From the human T2T-CHM13v2.0 reference genome, Homo sapiens: DNA of 64,000 bases. Shown piece after piece: positions 1 through 10,855 of the stretch (position 1 is its first letter; the number at the start of each line of letters is the position of its first letter). The notes beneath the pieces were generated by a model that was not told where the DNA came from, did no database searches, and was given only the letters and a program-made list of their open reading frames with translations. The stretch lies in NCBI RefSeq assembly GCF_009914755.1, contig NC_060938.1. One strand, given 5' to 3'. The position numbers and the translations under genes are program-made.

Positions 1-794
1 TGGGTCCTCATGGAACATTTTCATCTCTGCCTTGTCTGAGCTTTCTGCACCAGAGAAGCCCCTTTTGATACCCACTCACTTCTGAGTCCCTCATTGAAAA
101 GGTGGCAACTAAGCTTAGAGAAGGATTCCCTAATCCAAATGCAATACTTGGGGGAATATTTTGAGTATTGCTCCACCATTCTCAAAACAAACCTAATTTC
201 AGTTAACTTGAATGTAGCTGAAATTTTGTTCCATGAGGGAATCTCTGCTTTCTATGATAATGCAAGCTCATTTCAAACAATTGTTTGGGATTTAACTTTT
301 GCTCATAATTCCCAAAAGATACCAACTATTCAATGAGTATCTTAAAATAAAACTACTTTTATGACCAAATTATTATCCCCATTAGAATGGCTAGAATCAG
401 AATGTCCTAGTATGTATTATGTGAACCCCATGCGACCTTCCTAAAGTTTCTTATGCCTAAAACAGCATAAGAGAGAAAAGCATTTCCACGCTAACCTGTG
501 TGTTCACTGGTTAACAAAGGTCTAAAGAGCAGGTGAGTCAGCTGCTCCATTTCCAAACTGGACTGGACATTTACAGTCCTGCAGATACTAAAAATGATAA
601 TCAGGAAAAGCACACACAATTCTACTTTTTCTTATAATTCCCATCTTTCCCAAAGAACTGTTATAAATTCTCTCCCAAAGGTGTTATATTCATCCTTCTT
701 TTGTTGCCTCTATTTGTGATGTGTACTGAGGTGAAATATTTGTTGAGATTCAAAAACCCCATGAGATTTAACTTAAGCTTTCCCTGTCAGAGAG

Positions 795-855
795 ATTCTA
801 AGAGCTAAAAGATGGGAAGCTGGTATTTGGGAACTAGATTAAAAAGAAAATCCAA
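795..855 (+). pseudogene. Putative unnamed vestigial TRAJ relic upstream of TRAJ55
   Basis: gaagctggtatttgg identical to TRAJ54 over 15 nt, then gaactagatta...aatccaa (KLVFG/GTRLK..NP with a deletion); donor lost. Confidence 0.5.
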
Positions 856-1448
856 ATTAATCCCAAGGAGCAAGGCTCAATAGATAGTTATTTAGACATA
901 ACATGTCCACCCTGCAAGCCTAGTTGCTCAGTTGACTGGGCTGCCCCTATCTTAGTCTTGCCTGGAAGAGAAATAAGTTGTTTGCCCCATACCTGTCTTG
1001 AGAAATGTCAGCCTCCAGACCTGAAAGCTTCTTGTGATTTGGTTTATTTCTGTAGAGTTTATTATTATACACAGTGTTCTTGAAGTAATAGAGAAGTGCA
1101 TTAGAAGCTCCTGCAAATGGAAATGAAATGTAAATTTAGATTGTAAATACATGACTGCGGTAAATAGATAGCAAGAAAAAGGATGAAGAGATTAGAAATT
1201 TGCCACATTTCTCTAACCCTAAAGGGATGTTTCTATAAATAGTTTAAAACTGTTGAAGACGAAGGGGGAGGAGGAAGGAGAACAGAGGCAAACAGATTTT
1301 CTCCTAATCCTTTCCATTTGGCAAAATTAGAAATGGTTTTTCAATTAAATTTCCCTGAGCAGAGGAAGAAACCATGTCTGTTTCCACACTAAAATTCCTG
1401 TGGGTGGGAGTCTCTAGAGTTGATTTGGAGGATGGATCCCTGTTAGTG

Positions 1449-1505
1449 ACAAGTGCTGGTAATGCTCCTGTTGGGGAAAGGGGATGAGTACAAAAATAAA
1501 TCCAA
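1449..1505 (+). pseudogene. TRAJ55: TRAJ55 pseudogene
   Basis: Degenerate RSS tgatttgga-12-gttagtg (1421-1448); KCW*CSCWGKGMSTKINP with in-frame TAA; donor gtaagt. Confidence 0.92.
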
Positions 1506-2038
1506 GTAAGTGTGGAGGGACAAGAAGATCTCACAGTGCAGGATTTCCCCTGGATTTTCTGCATTGCCTTTTCACCTTTCCTGTCTTAGCACGACAAATT
1601 AGGTCCCAGATGAGCAGGCCCTCGCATTCAAACCGGAAATTTTAAGGAGGAAGCCAGATTAACTTTACTCGGGAGACCTAGTAGACTCTGACTTTAAAGA
1701 TTCTTTTAATCCAGCTGTTTTTAGGGAGAGCTCTGTAAAAGATGAAAGAAATGTTTTAAAAAAAAATTAAAATTCTGTGGGGTGAAAACAAAGATGTTAA
1801 ATATTTGATTGGCAAGGCAACTGGAAAATCTGGACCATGTCTACAACTGCTAAAGGAGGCTTTGTGAAAGAGAAAATGAGCAGCCCAAGGAGATCCTGTC
1901 CTAAACTTCTCTGGCCAGTGAAATTCGGGCCATTCTCTGCCACAGCCCTGGACTGCTAGGAGGGCAGATCATATGTCTTCCTCAGTGGGGAGAGGTGGGC
2001 CCTCGCTGGCAGTTTCTGTAAAGCCTCGTGCTGTGGTG

Positions 2039-2098
2039 TAATTCAGGGAGCCCAGAAGCTGGTATTTGGCCAAGGAACCAGGCTGACTATCAACCCAA
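2039..2098 (+). CDS. TRAJ54: TCR alpha J segment 54
   Basis: RSS agtttctgt-12-tgtggtg (2011-2038); IQGAQKLVFGQGTRLTINP; gtaagt. Confidence 0.97.
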
Positions 2099-2540
2099 GT
2101 AAGTATGACAGGGTGAAGCTACATGCAGCTGAGTACAGTCTTTTCCTTTCTAGACCGTGTCCTGCAAGCTCTCCTTGAGGGACGTATACTCATTTTGCAT
2201 TGTCCTTTGTAGAGAAGCAGACCAGGAAAGACAGGAAAGCCCTCAAATTTCCACTTTTAAACACCTCCCTGTAAAAACTGTCTCGCTTCCCTCCCCTTCT
2301 ACAATCAGTTTCTAGTAAATCAGAATCCGGTGAATTGATATGCAATTTCAACGAAAAAAAAAGCAGAGAAATAGTTACCCCAACAAGTGCAAAAAGTAGA
2401 AACTATCTGAGTACCAGCCAAGGGAAGATAATTAGGAAAGAAAAAAAAAGAAAGAAATGGATTACTGGAACCATGATGGCAGCTTAGTCACAAAGAAAAT
2501 GATAAAAAAAAATTAAAATTAAATTTCAAAAACTTTAAAG

Positions 2541-2579
2541 ATATATACATATATATATATCTATATATATATGATATAT
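2541..2579. repeat. (TA)n-like simple repeat
   Basis: Direct reading. Confidence 0.85.
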
Positions 2580-2755
2580 TGTCCTCTGGAACTCCAGCAC
2601 TCACCTACAGCAGCTGCATTCTGGACTTATTATCAAATAACCTATAAACCTGTAGCTTAATGAAGAGTTGAGCAATCGTGACTATATTGACCCCCAGGAC
2701 CCTTCTGCAAAGAGCAGCTTCTGTTCCTGTTTCTGTAAAGCCTTCTGTGGCTGTG

Positions 2756-2821
2756 AGAATAGTGGAGGTAGCAACTATAAACTGACATTTGGAAAAGGAA
2801 CTCTCTTAACCGTGAATCCAA
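2756..2821 (+). CDS. TRAJ53: TCR alpha J segment 53
   Basis: RSS tgtttctgt-12-ggctgtg (2728-2755); NSGGSNYKLTFGKGTLLTVNP; gtaagt. Confidence 0.97.
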
Positions 2822-4492
2822 GTAAGTTTGAAGGGAGTGGGGGAAGGGGGAATTCAAACACTTCTGATTTAATTACTTGCCCCTCCAAAACATTCCAGCT
2901 TAGGTTCCAAATCTAATGTTTGTGCTGGGGGGATATGGTGCCCATCAGAGGGATTAGAACTCCACTGTACAAAGACTAAATTACTTTCAGCCCAAAACAT
3001 TCCTATCATTCATCTTAAACAAGATTATTGGTGCAAGGAGAAAAACTGAATACAGAATCCTGAGGGATCCAGCTAAGGGTCAGGAAATGTTTGCCGAAAA
3101 GATAAAGAGGAAATTGGCATATCGTGACTACGCAAATGCAGTAGACCAAATATAAATTGTCCTGACTTAGATACTAACACTCCTCTTAAATTTATCGCCT
3201 GAAATAATGGAACCCTGCAACTTCATTAACTAATGCTGAAAATTCTATAAGCAGGCTCCTTTTCTTCTTTTACCTTCACTTTACCTCTCTGAAAAGAACT
3301 GTTCTCAATCCCCAGTCTGGTAACTGAGGTCCAGTCAGTTAACTGTCTGGTTAACTCAGGCAGAGCATTTAACCCCACTTTTTCTTTGGTTACCAAAATA
3401 GTGGATTCAGCCTCCACTTTACTTAGTTCACCTGAGAAGGGGAAAATTCATCTGTCCTCTGAGTCGTGAGAATAGAGCAGTACATTCTCTCCTTCAAATA
3501 TACACCCACCCTTCCCTAATGGTAATGTGTGAGTACTTAGAAAAGTTTTTAAATGTTAGATATAAAAGTAAGGCACAGTGGTTGCTAATGGCACTTCTTG
3601 AAAATCTGCGCTGCTGGTGGACTTCTGAAAGTGGTGCTTATAAACTAAGGCTGGAGAAGACTGACTTGTAAAATTCAGATAAAATGAAAATGGGAAAAAC
3701 TTATCAAAGGGCCCCGGTCTCCTAAGTGCCCTGATGTTGAGTAAAGGCCAAATGCCCCAGTTTTACTTACTCAGATCTGCTTTCTGTGATTAAGAAGAGA
3801 TGCACACTAGAGAGAGGCACTTTGAAAAACACAGCCCAGGCAAAATTCTTAAAAAGACTGGCTCTGGTGGCGGGGCGGGTGGTGAAGGACTCAGGGACAC
3901 CGTGCATGCAGCATTGAGGGAGTTAATGCAGACTTGCTAGCAGACAGCTTGGAACGTTCTGGGATAGGCCCTGCCTGAAGAACATGCAGTGTGGTTAGCC
4001 ATCAAGTTCCCATGTGCAGAAGTGCCTTGCTCAGCAGGGGCAAAATCAGCACGTCTGTGGCAACAGCAACAATGAATAATATATGATGTTAAATCCCAGG
4101 GGTTCAGCAGTCTCCACTGAGGTCTTATCAAATTAAAGCTTCAAGGGGATTCATATGAACATCCCAGGAGACTCAAGGACTCAGTCGCTTTTCAGAGGGT
4201 GGGCAGCCAATGCTAGGGACCAGACAGTAGGCTTTTTTCTTTGGTTTCTTACCGGAAGCACACTAGGGCGGGGCTCTGCGGTGGGTTTTCCAGAATGCAG
4301 AGAAGCTGGGAGCCCCTCTCAGCACTTGGTCAGCCTCTTAGGGGACTGAGAACTGTAACAACTCCTACCTTTTAAAACATTGACGAGGTCAGGGTGTTTG
4401 ACAGCCTAACCAGGCAAAGAAAATATCTGTGCAAGGCTAGCATTCTTCCAGAGCTCTGGACAGTAATCGTATGCCAGATTTTCCATGCAGTG

Positions 4493-4564
4493 GATTCTAG
4501 CTGCAGGAACTATATGGCAAGGCTGGAGTCCAAGGAACCCATGATTAAATTCTGTTTTCCTGCA
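4493..4564 (+). pseudogene. Putative unnamed vestigial TRAJ relic, TRAJ52-like
   Basis: Heptamer tgcagtg as in TRAJ52, patchy similarity to the TRAJ52 coding sequence, intact gtaagt at 4565. Confidence 0.55.
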
Positions 4565-5081
4565 GTAAGTGGAACACAGAGATTATTGCCACAGCAACAC
4601 TTTGGGTGCCTGTCTGTTTGAGGACCTCAGCTGAGGGCAGGCATCTGGTTTTGCTTATGTCCTGCGGAGGCTGAAGAGAGGGTGGGAAGCCCTTTAGACA
4701 GTGAATACTGTGAAATAGTGAAGAGATGGGAAGGGTCGTTTGAATCCCTGACTGCTGTCCTTAAAAAAAATGGATACGTCTTCTTAGCTAAATAATAGCC
4801 TTTTTCTCTCACCCTTTTCATGATAGTAAGCAAGCTAAAACTTTAACCCTTTGTAACAAGTGGTTGCTTGAAGACATGACTAAACAGGCTAGCATAAATT
4901 CAGCCCAAAAAAAGTCTGAGTTAAGAAAACTAAATTCTATTAAAGAGGTGTCTGTTTTTCACACCCCTGGGGGACAGGGTTTGATCATCACCACATCATG
5001 AAACTGCCTGGATTTTGCTCTTCACATTTTTTGTGACATCCAGACACAGCCAGGGTGACTCCCAGGATTCCTGTGGTTGTG

Positions 5082-5137
5082 TCTGTTGGCAACAGAAGCA
5101 TTATTTGGTCAAGGGATGAAATTTACAGGAACCCCAA
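5082..5137 (+). pseudogene. Putative unnamed vestigial TRAJ relic between TRAJ53 and TRAJ52
   Basis: ggttgtg heptamer; open frame LLATEALFGQGMKFTGTP; phase-1 gtaaat at the canonical distance from FGXG. Confidence 0.65.
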
Positions 5138-5979
5138 GTAAATGTGCAAAAGCCTGCCCCTAATAGAGACCTCACTTAACCCTACCACTGTGGTCACCGG
5201 GCTGCTCTGTGAGGTCAGAACACCTCAGGTGAGACTGTGGAGTAACCAGATGCCCTGGTTTTCCTGGGTTTCAGGGGTTTTCCAGGACAAAGGTCATTCT
5301 TTGCTAAGCCCAGAATGATCCCCAGGATAGTTAATCACCGTAAGAAGGCACAGATAAAAACTTTTTTCTGTGAGCTACTACTTACATTTCACCAAATTCA
5401 AGACTGACAAAAAAACTACGTTGTGTGAAAGCTCAGTTACATGTGCCCATCATTTTTATTTCTTATGCTAGGGCATGAAGGGAAGCTCAGGAGATCCTGT
5501 TTCATGAGGCTACAGTCTAAATCTCATCTAATTCTAGTCAGTCTCCAAAAAGCTGAACACTCTCCTCTTGTCTCCTTGTAATCAATTCATTGTCATCAGA
5601 AATGTGTGACACCTCGAGGGGAGGGGAGGACGTGTCTTGAAAACTGATCAGAGAAATTGTCCTGAAAATGATGCTGTAAAATGGAAATGAGACCTTTAGA
5701 AAGAGAGATGCTGAACATGAGAAATCAGTAAGCCTCAAGACAAAAACCAGAGGAAATGGAGAGAGATGGGAGGCAGGAAGCCGGACCTCGGGGGACGCAG
5801 CAGGTCAGTGTCCCAGGACCAGAGGTGGAAATGGTCTTCCAGCCTTTGGTGGGATGAAACTGAGCCTCACAGACCCAGGCCCCTTTGGGTGAGTTTATTC
5901 TCCCCAGAATTAAAAGAGGAGGAAGTCTGCGAGCTTCAGAAGTCCCCCTAGGGTTCTTGTAAAGGCCTCCAGTGCAGTG

Positions 5980-6048
5980 CTAATGCTGGTGGTACTAGCT
6001 ATGGAAAGCTGACATTTGGACAAGGGACCATCTTGACTGTCCATCCAA
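5980..6048 (+). CDS. TRAJ52: TCR alpha J segment 52
   Basis: RSS ggttcttgt-12-tgcagtg (5952-5979); NAGGTSYGKLTFGQGTILTVHP; gtaagt. Confidence 0.97.
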
Positions 6049-6934
6049 GTAAGTGTAACAAGACACAGCAGTATACTGGAAATTCTGGAATGTCACCCCA
6101 GTGTCAGGTTTTAAAGAACCAGATATTGCTTAAAGTTAAGTGGTGTCCTCTGAGGTCCTTTCTCTTCTTTAACCTCAATATTCACAGATTTTCTTTTGGA
6201 CCCTGAGTTGTTAGGTCTGTCTCCCTGCTGCGTGTACAGCTGACCTTGACCCTGGAAAGTCAGAATCTTTCCTGCTTTCAGTGTCTTCTCTGGAGGTGAT
6301 GCCCTAACTTTTTTGAGGGGGAGGTCATCCTTTCCAAATGACTCCCCTGAGTAACCTGTTCTAATGTTTAGTAGCATTCCCTGTCAGAAGTCCTTCCTTA
6401 CCTCAATCTTAAATTATTCTTGGTATAGCCGAGGCCGTTTCCACCAGCGTCATCCACAATAAAGAGGAAAATTGAGAGCGGAGTTTGAATAGGTATGTGG
6501 TATTTGGTTCAGAATGGGTTTTAAATGAAAGTGGAGAGGGAAAAAATGAAACCTGAATGGGAATCTGAGGTCTTATTTCAAATCCCTCTCTGTTTCCTGT
6601 CTGTCATCTCCTTTTGCTTCTATAGATGCAAAACTACAGAGAGAGAGGCGGGGAGAGAAAGGATAGACAGAAATAAACATCCACTGTGTCCATTCCCTGT
6701 CACTGAAACCACCAGGCAAGGGATTACAATTAATTCCAAAGAGTTTCAGATACACGGCTTAATACCTTTCTCCTTGTGGTGACTTGTATCCTGGCTGATA
6801 ATTAGAGCAGATAGAAAGATTTGGCTTTGGTGTGTTTGCCGCTGCACCCCGCTGGGAAGAGACAGAAACTTGACTGTTTTTTAAGATTCATAAAGTTCCT
6901 TCTGTCAGTCGTTGTAAAACTCCCTGAAGCAGGG

Positions 6935-6997
6935 AGATGCGTGACAGCTATGAGAAGCTGATATTTGGAAAGGAGACATGACTAACTGTGAAGCCAA
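6935..6997 (+). pseudogene. TRAJ51: TRAJ51 pseudogene
   Basis: Broken heptamer agcaggg; MRDSYEKLIFGKET*LTVKP with stop; donor mutated to gcaagc. Confidence 0.93.
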
Positions 6998-7661
6998 GCA
7001 AGCTGGAAAGACCTAAACTCACAGTGTTCCTTATGTACTTTTGCTCCCTTCCCCGTTTCAGGCCTTTTGGCTGTTTCCTGTAGGGATTCTAAGAGAGTCA
7101 AATGGAAATGGATTGAAGAGAGTCTGAAGCCCCGTGGGTGCTCAGAAATGATAAATGAAAGGAATAAGAGACAGAAAGGGAAACAAAGTTGAAAAGCAGG
7201 AATATGTCTTTCACTGCAGCTTGATAAGACTGAGATGTGAGGTGGGTGTCAGAGAAGGGCATGATCGCTCCAGCTGCTATTGCAGAACACTCTGTTTTCC
7301 TAGGATCTCTATCAAGGGCAGTGTCCTCTTATGCCAAAGGGATGAGTCAAGTCCCTATATTTCTGGAGTAGCTGCCCTTGTGCAGGCATAGTTGGTCAGG
7401 CAGACAGCACAATCCCAGCTCAGTGTGTATGGAGGAGGCCACCTGACATTGCCAGCTGTATCTGCTCCATTCAATGGCAGCATAAATCCATACCAGGTGG
7501 GTGTGGATTTGGAATATGCCAGTGCCACTACAAGGCTGAATGTTGAGTTGTTGTGATCATCTTGAATGTGTGAGATGCCTCCAAGTGAAGTCTGGTTCTA
7601 ATGAGCAGGGTGCAGGTTGGACCAATATTGCCCATTTTCTGTTGAGTTTCTCCAAGCCCAG

Positions 7662-7728
7662 TAGTGTGGGAGCCAACATTGAGAGACTGACATTTGAGCT
7701 AGGGATCCTATTGACTGAAATATGCCAA
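7662..7728 (+). pseudogene. Putative unnamed vestigial TRAJ relic between TRAJ51 and TRAJ50
   Basis: SVGANIERLTFELGILLTEI, nonamer-like attttctgt with 12-bp spacer, broken heptamer, donor lost. Confidence 0.6.
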
Positions 7729-8344
7729 AGGGATCTGAAAGGTCAAAACTGCCTTCAGAGCTCAGCCTTTGTTGTTATCTCTCTGGCAGTTGTCATTTCA
7801 GCAAAATGCATCCACTTAGAAAGCTCAGCTCTTCATTAGGCAGACAAATGAGAACAACATATTGACCAGAGATAAGGAGTTGGGAGCCCAGATCTCAGCC
7901 TCTGAGAGCCTGGCATTTCCAGTTCTTTAATCACATGAGCCAGTGAGCATATGCTATCTCAGAGAAAGCAGATCAATGGTGCCTGAGGACCTGGTGTCAC
8001 CAAGCTAGGGCTTAGAGACAGAAATGAGATGCAGATGGGGATGTTGTGTGAATTGGGGAATAATAGAGAAGTGAGGAGGAGACAGGGAGTTCAATGATGC
8101 TTTTTAAAACCAGCAGCATGTGAGAAATTGTAATGACACAAAGGTGAAGAAGTATGTATTGCATATAATCCTAGCAAGTTTCCTACCATTCCCAACAGAA
8201 TCTAGCCTCACTGTGGCTCCAACTCACAGATCCTATAGGTAATGCTGAATCGTACCTGAGATGCCTTTTGAAGTGGCATCAAGACTGGGCTCTAAAATCT
8301 TTAAGAGTCACCTGTCAGTTATTGTAAAGGTTTGGATGGCTGTG

Positions 8345-8404
8345 TGAAAACCTCCTACGACAAGGTGATATTTGGGCCAGGGACAAGCTTATCAGTCATT
8401 CCAA
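8345..8404 (+). CDS. TRAJ50: TCR alpha J segment 50
   Basis: RSS agttattgt-12-ggctgtg (8317-8344); KTSYDKVIFGPGTSLSVIP; gtaagt. Confidence 0.97.
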
Positions 8405-9116
8405 GTAAGTGTCCCTGGGGTGCTGCCTGTGGAGTGCGCTGGGGCTAACAGTCTCATACATTAGGGCTTAAATGACTGTGCAGATGGCATCGTGGTTGAG
8501 GACACAAAACTGAGAGAATCGAGATACATTGACTCTGATCAGAAAAAAAGGTCACGGAATAGCAAACATAGGTTTAGTCCTTAAAAGGTAGCATAGATAA
8601 CATGGGACTTGAACGTGGCAATTTGAAAAACAACCTGTGGTCTATCAGCACGTTCTCACTGCACACGGGGGATAAACAGGGGTGGGGGAATAAGCAATGG
8701 ACATTGCATGATAGGGGTGCTAGGGAAATGAGGCAGGTCAGGAAGAAGGAAGGTGATCAGAGCCTCATACGGAGTTAATCTAGAGAAGATGAATTGTTCC
8801 ATAAGTTTCACAAAGAAATAAAGTCCAAAGATATAATAAGAAGTCCTGATTAAAATCCACTTCAGAATCATATGATCATCAGGAGAGAAATTAAGTCTTA
8901 AAAGAAAAAGAAGTTTTTAAATGTAGGTCCATAAAACAAATGGACCTACACCTTTAATTAGACAGCAAGCAGCACAAGATGCACGTTAGCCTTCCTTTTA
9001 ATCCCCTCTCAGGAGGAATCAGTCCCTCCAGCTGCACATGGTCACAGCTGCTCTAAGCCCTGGAGCTCCTTCCCAGTAATACCCTTGCTCCTGTGCCTGC
9101 ACAGGGAAAGGAGATG

Positions 9117-9143
9117 CCTGCCTGCCTGCCTGCCTGCCTGCCT
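9117..9143. repeat. (GCCT)n microsatellite upstream of TRAJ49
   Basis: Direct reading. Confidence 0.9.
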
Positions 9144-9161
9144 ACCGGTCTGCCTTTTGGT

Positions 9162-9175
9162 CCGCCGCTTGGTGG
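9162..9175 (-). promoter_or_regulatory. CTCF-like motif in the region orthologous to the J-alpha-49 germline promoter
   Basis: Reverse complement CCACCAAGCGGCGG resembles the CTCF core; a promoter upstream of Traj49 is known in mouse. Confidence 0.35.
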
Positions 9176-9239
9176 GGCCCCAGGTGTAACCTCTGGCTGT
9201 CTCTTCTGCCTGGTTTTTGTTGAGCTTCCTATCACAGTG

Positions 9240-9295
9240 GAACACCGGTAACCAGTTCTATTTTGGGACAGGGACAAGTTTGACGGTCATTCCAA
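9240..9295 (+). CDS. TRAJ49: TCR alpha J segment 49
   Basis: RSS ggtttttgt-12-cacagtg (9212-9239); NTGNQFYFGTGTSLTVIP; gtaagt. Confidence 0.97.
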
Positions 9296-9486
9296 GTAAG
9301 TCAAAGAAAATTTTCCATCACCATTGTGTTGAGCAAACCCTTTAAACTGCAGAAAGAGCTGTCAAAGTCTGCTACTCTATTTCTCTGCTTCTAGGTATAA
9401 CTTTATCTGGACCAGAGTAAAGAGGCCCCCGACCCACCCCGAGAATGATTTATGCTTGGACAGGTCTTTATTTCATTCCTTGAACT

Positions 9487-9666
9487 ATCTATCTGTCTAT
9501 CTATCTATCCAGCTATCTATGTATCTATCTATCTATCATCTATCTCAGAAATAGTTGTTTTTAACAGTTGATTCTGTGCCTCACCCAAATTGTCATTAAC
9601 TAAATGCAGATGTGCTGCCACACTGATAAACTTCATTGGAAAAAAAGAAAAAACCAAACCCAGAGA
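9487..9666. repeat. Left arm of inverted repeat flanking TRAJ48, including (TATC)n
   Basis: 9547-9666 is the reverse complement of 10856-10975 with 4 mismatches. Confidence 0.9.
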
Positions 9667-10242
9667 ATGTTCCTTGAACATTCCTGAAGTGGGGGGGCAG
9701 GCGATGTCACTTGCAGTGACAGCTGGCCTCTCTAGCTCACCCCCACATCTGTGCCAACCAGAGAAGCTGGGCCCTTTGTAGCACAAGCCTCAGGAGCAGA
9801 GAATGGAGGGACATTCTCAACTGAGAGGAGAGGGACTAGGAGGCTAGATGGGAAATGAGGTGACTCTACAGAAAATCGAATATGGGATGGTATAAAAGGA
9901 TGAGAAAGATGGCAGGGGGTCCACGATCGCTCTTGTATTTAGACCTGGGGGATGCACTGATAGATACCACCTGGAGAGAGAAAGAGGATTTCTGTTTCCC
10001 TCTGAAGAAAAATGTGGCAGAAAAATCAAAACAGATCGCACATGTCAAGCCTCTCCTAATTACAGCCTTTCATTCTGGTTTCTCTCAGCTGTTCCAGCAG
10101 GAAATGGTAGGAAAGGGTCATTGGTGCCTTTGATGTTGTGGAAGCATTGCAGGAAGGAGATTTGCAAGAAACGGGGCAGGGGCTTGCAGTAGAGTCTGGA
10201 GAGTTTAGAATGATGGTTTTTGCAATGACTTAGAACACTGTG

Positions 10243-10305
10243 TATCTAACTTTGGAAATGAGAAATTAACCTTTGGGACTGGAACAAGACTCACCATCAT
10301 ACCCA
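10243..10305 (+). CDS. TRAJ48: TCR alpha J segment 48
   Basis: RSS ggtttttgc-12-cactgtg (10215-10242); SNFGNEKLTFGTGTRLTIIP; gtaagt. Confidence 0.97.
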
Positions 10306-10855
10306 GTAAGTTCTTCATCCTTGGTCAGGAAATCAGCCTGCATAAGATTCTGGGGATCATAGTAGACATGCAGGCTTAGAGAATTTTCATCTGTCCTTGT
10401 TCATAACTGGTAGAGACAGGTGGCAGCCAAATATCTGAGTTTTCCGGGGGAACTCCAGTCCTGACTATTTAATTCAAAACTAGAAAATATGATTCACAAT
10501 TCTGTTTTTGCTGCTGCCGTCAAGTGCTAATGTGGCATGTGAAGAGAATTCAGGCAGAATGACTGCATCTTCACTTTCATCTTGTGTGATAATTTTAGCT
10601 TTGAGTACTGCAAGTGTTTGGGAGAAATGGTAGAAACATAGAATATCAAAGAGACAAGCAAACCAAGAGACCCAGAGAGGCAGGCAGACGGAACGTCAGG
10701 CAGTATAATTTTACAAAACTAATTCAGTGTTGTGTCTCTCTCTGCAAATGGCAAGGTATCGGGAAAGGTGCTAAGAGCTAGTGCTCCGGGTGGGGCAGGA
10801 TTATCTAAATAGAAAACTAAGCACTGATCTCAGGGGGAAAGTTTAAACTTGGAAA

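Noticed and set aside
1045-1148. tatttctgt-16-cacagtg followed by a faintly J-like stretch
   Set aside because: Wrong spacer, multiple stops and no F/W-G; indistinguishable from chance by eye.
2668-2916. ORFs containing FGXG motifs (also 13579, 16637, 19338, 32603, 39611, 50772, 63788)
   Set aside because: Read-through of RSS, J and intron; the real coding unit is the J segment after V-J joining and splicing.
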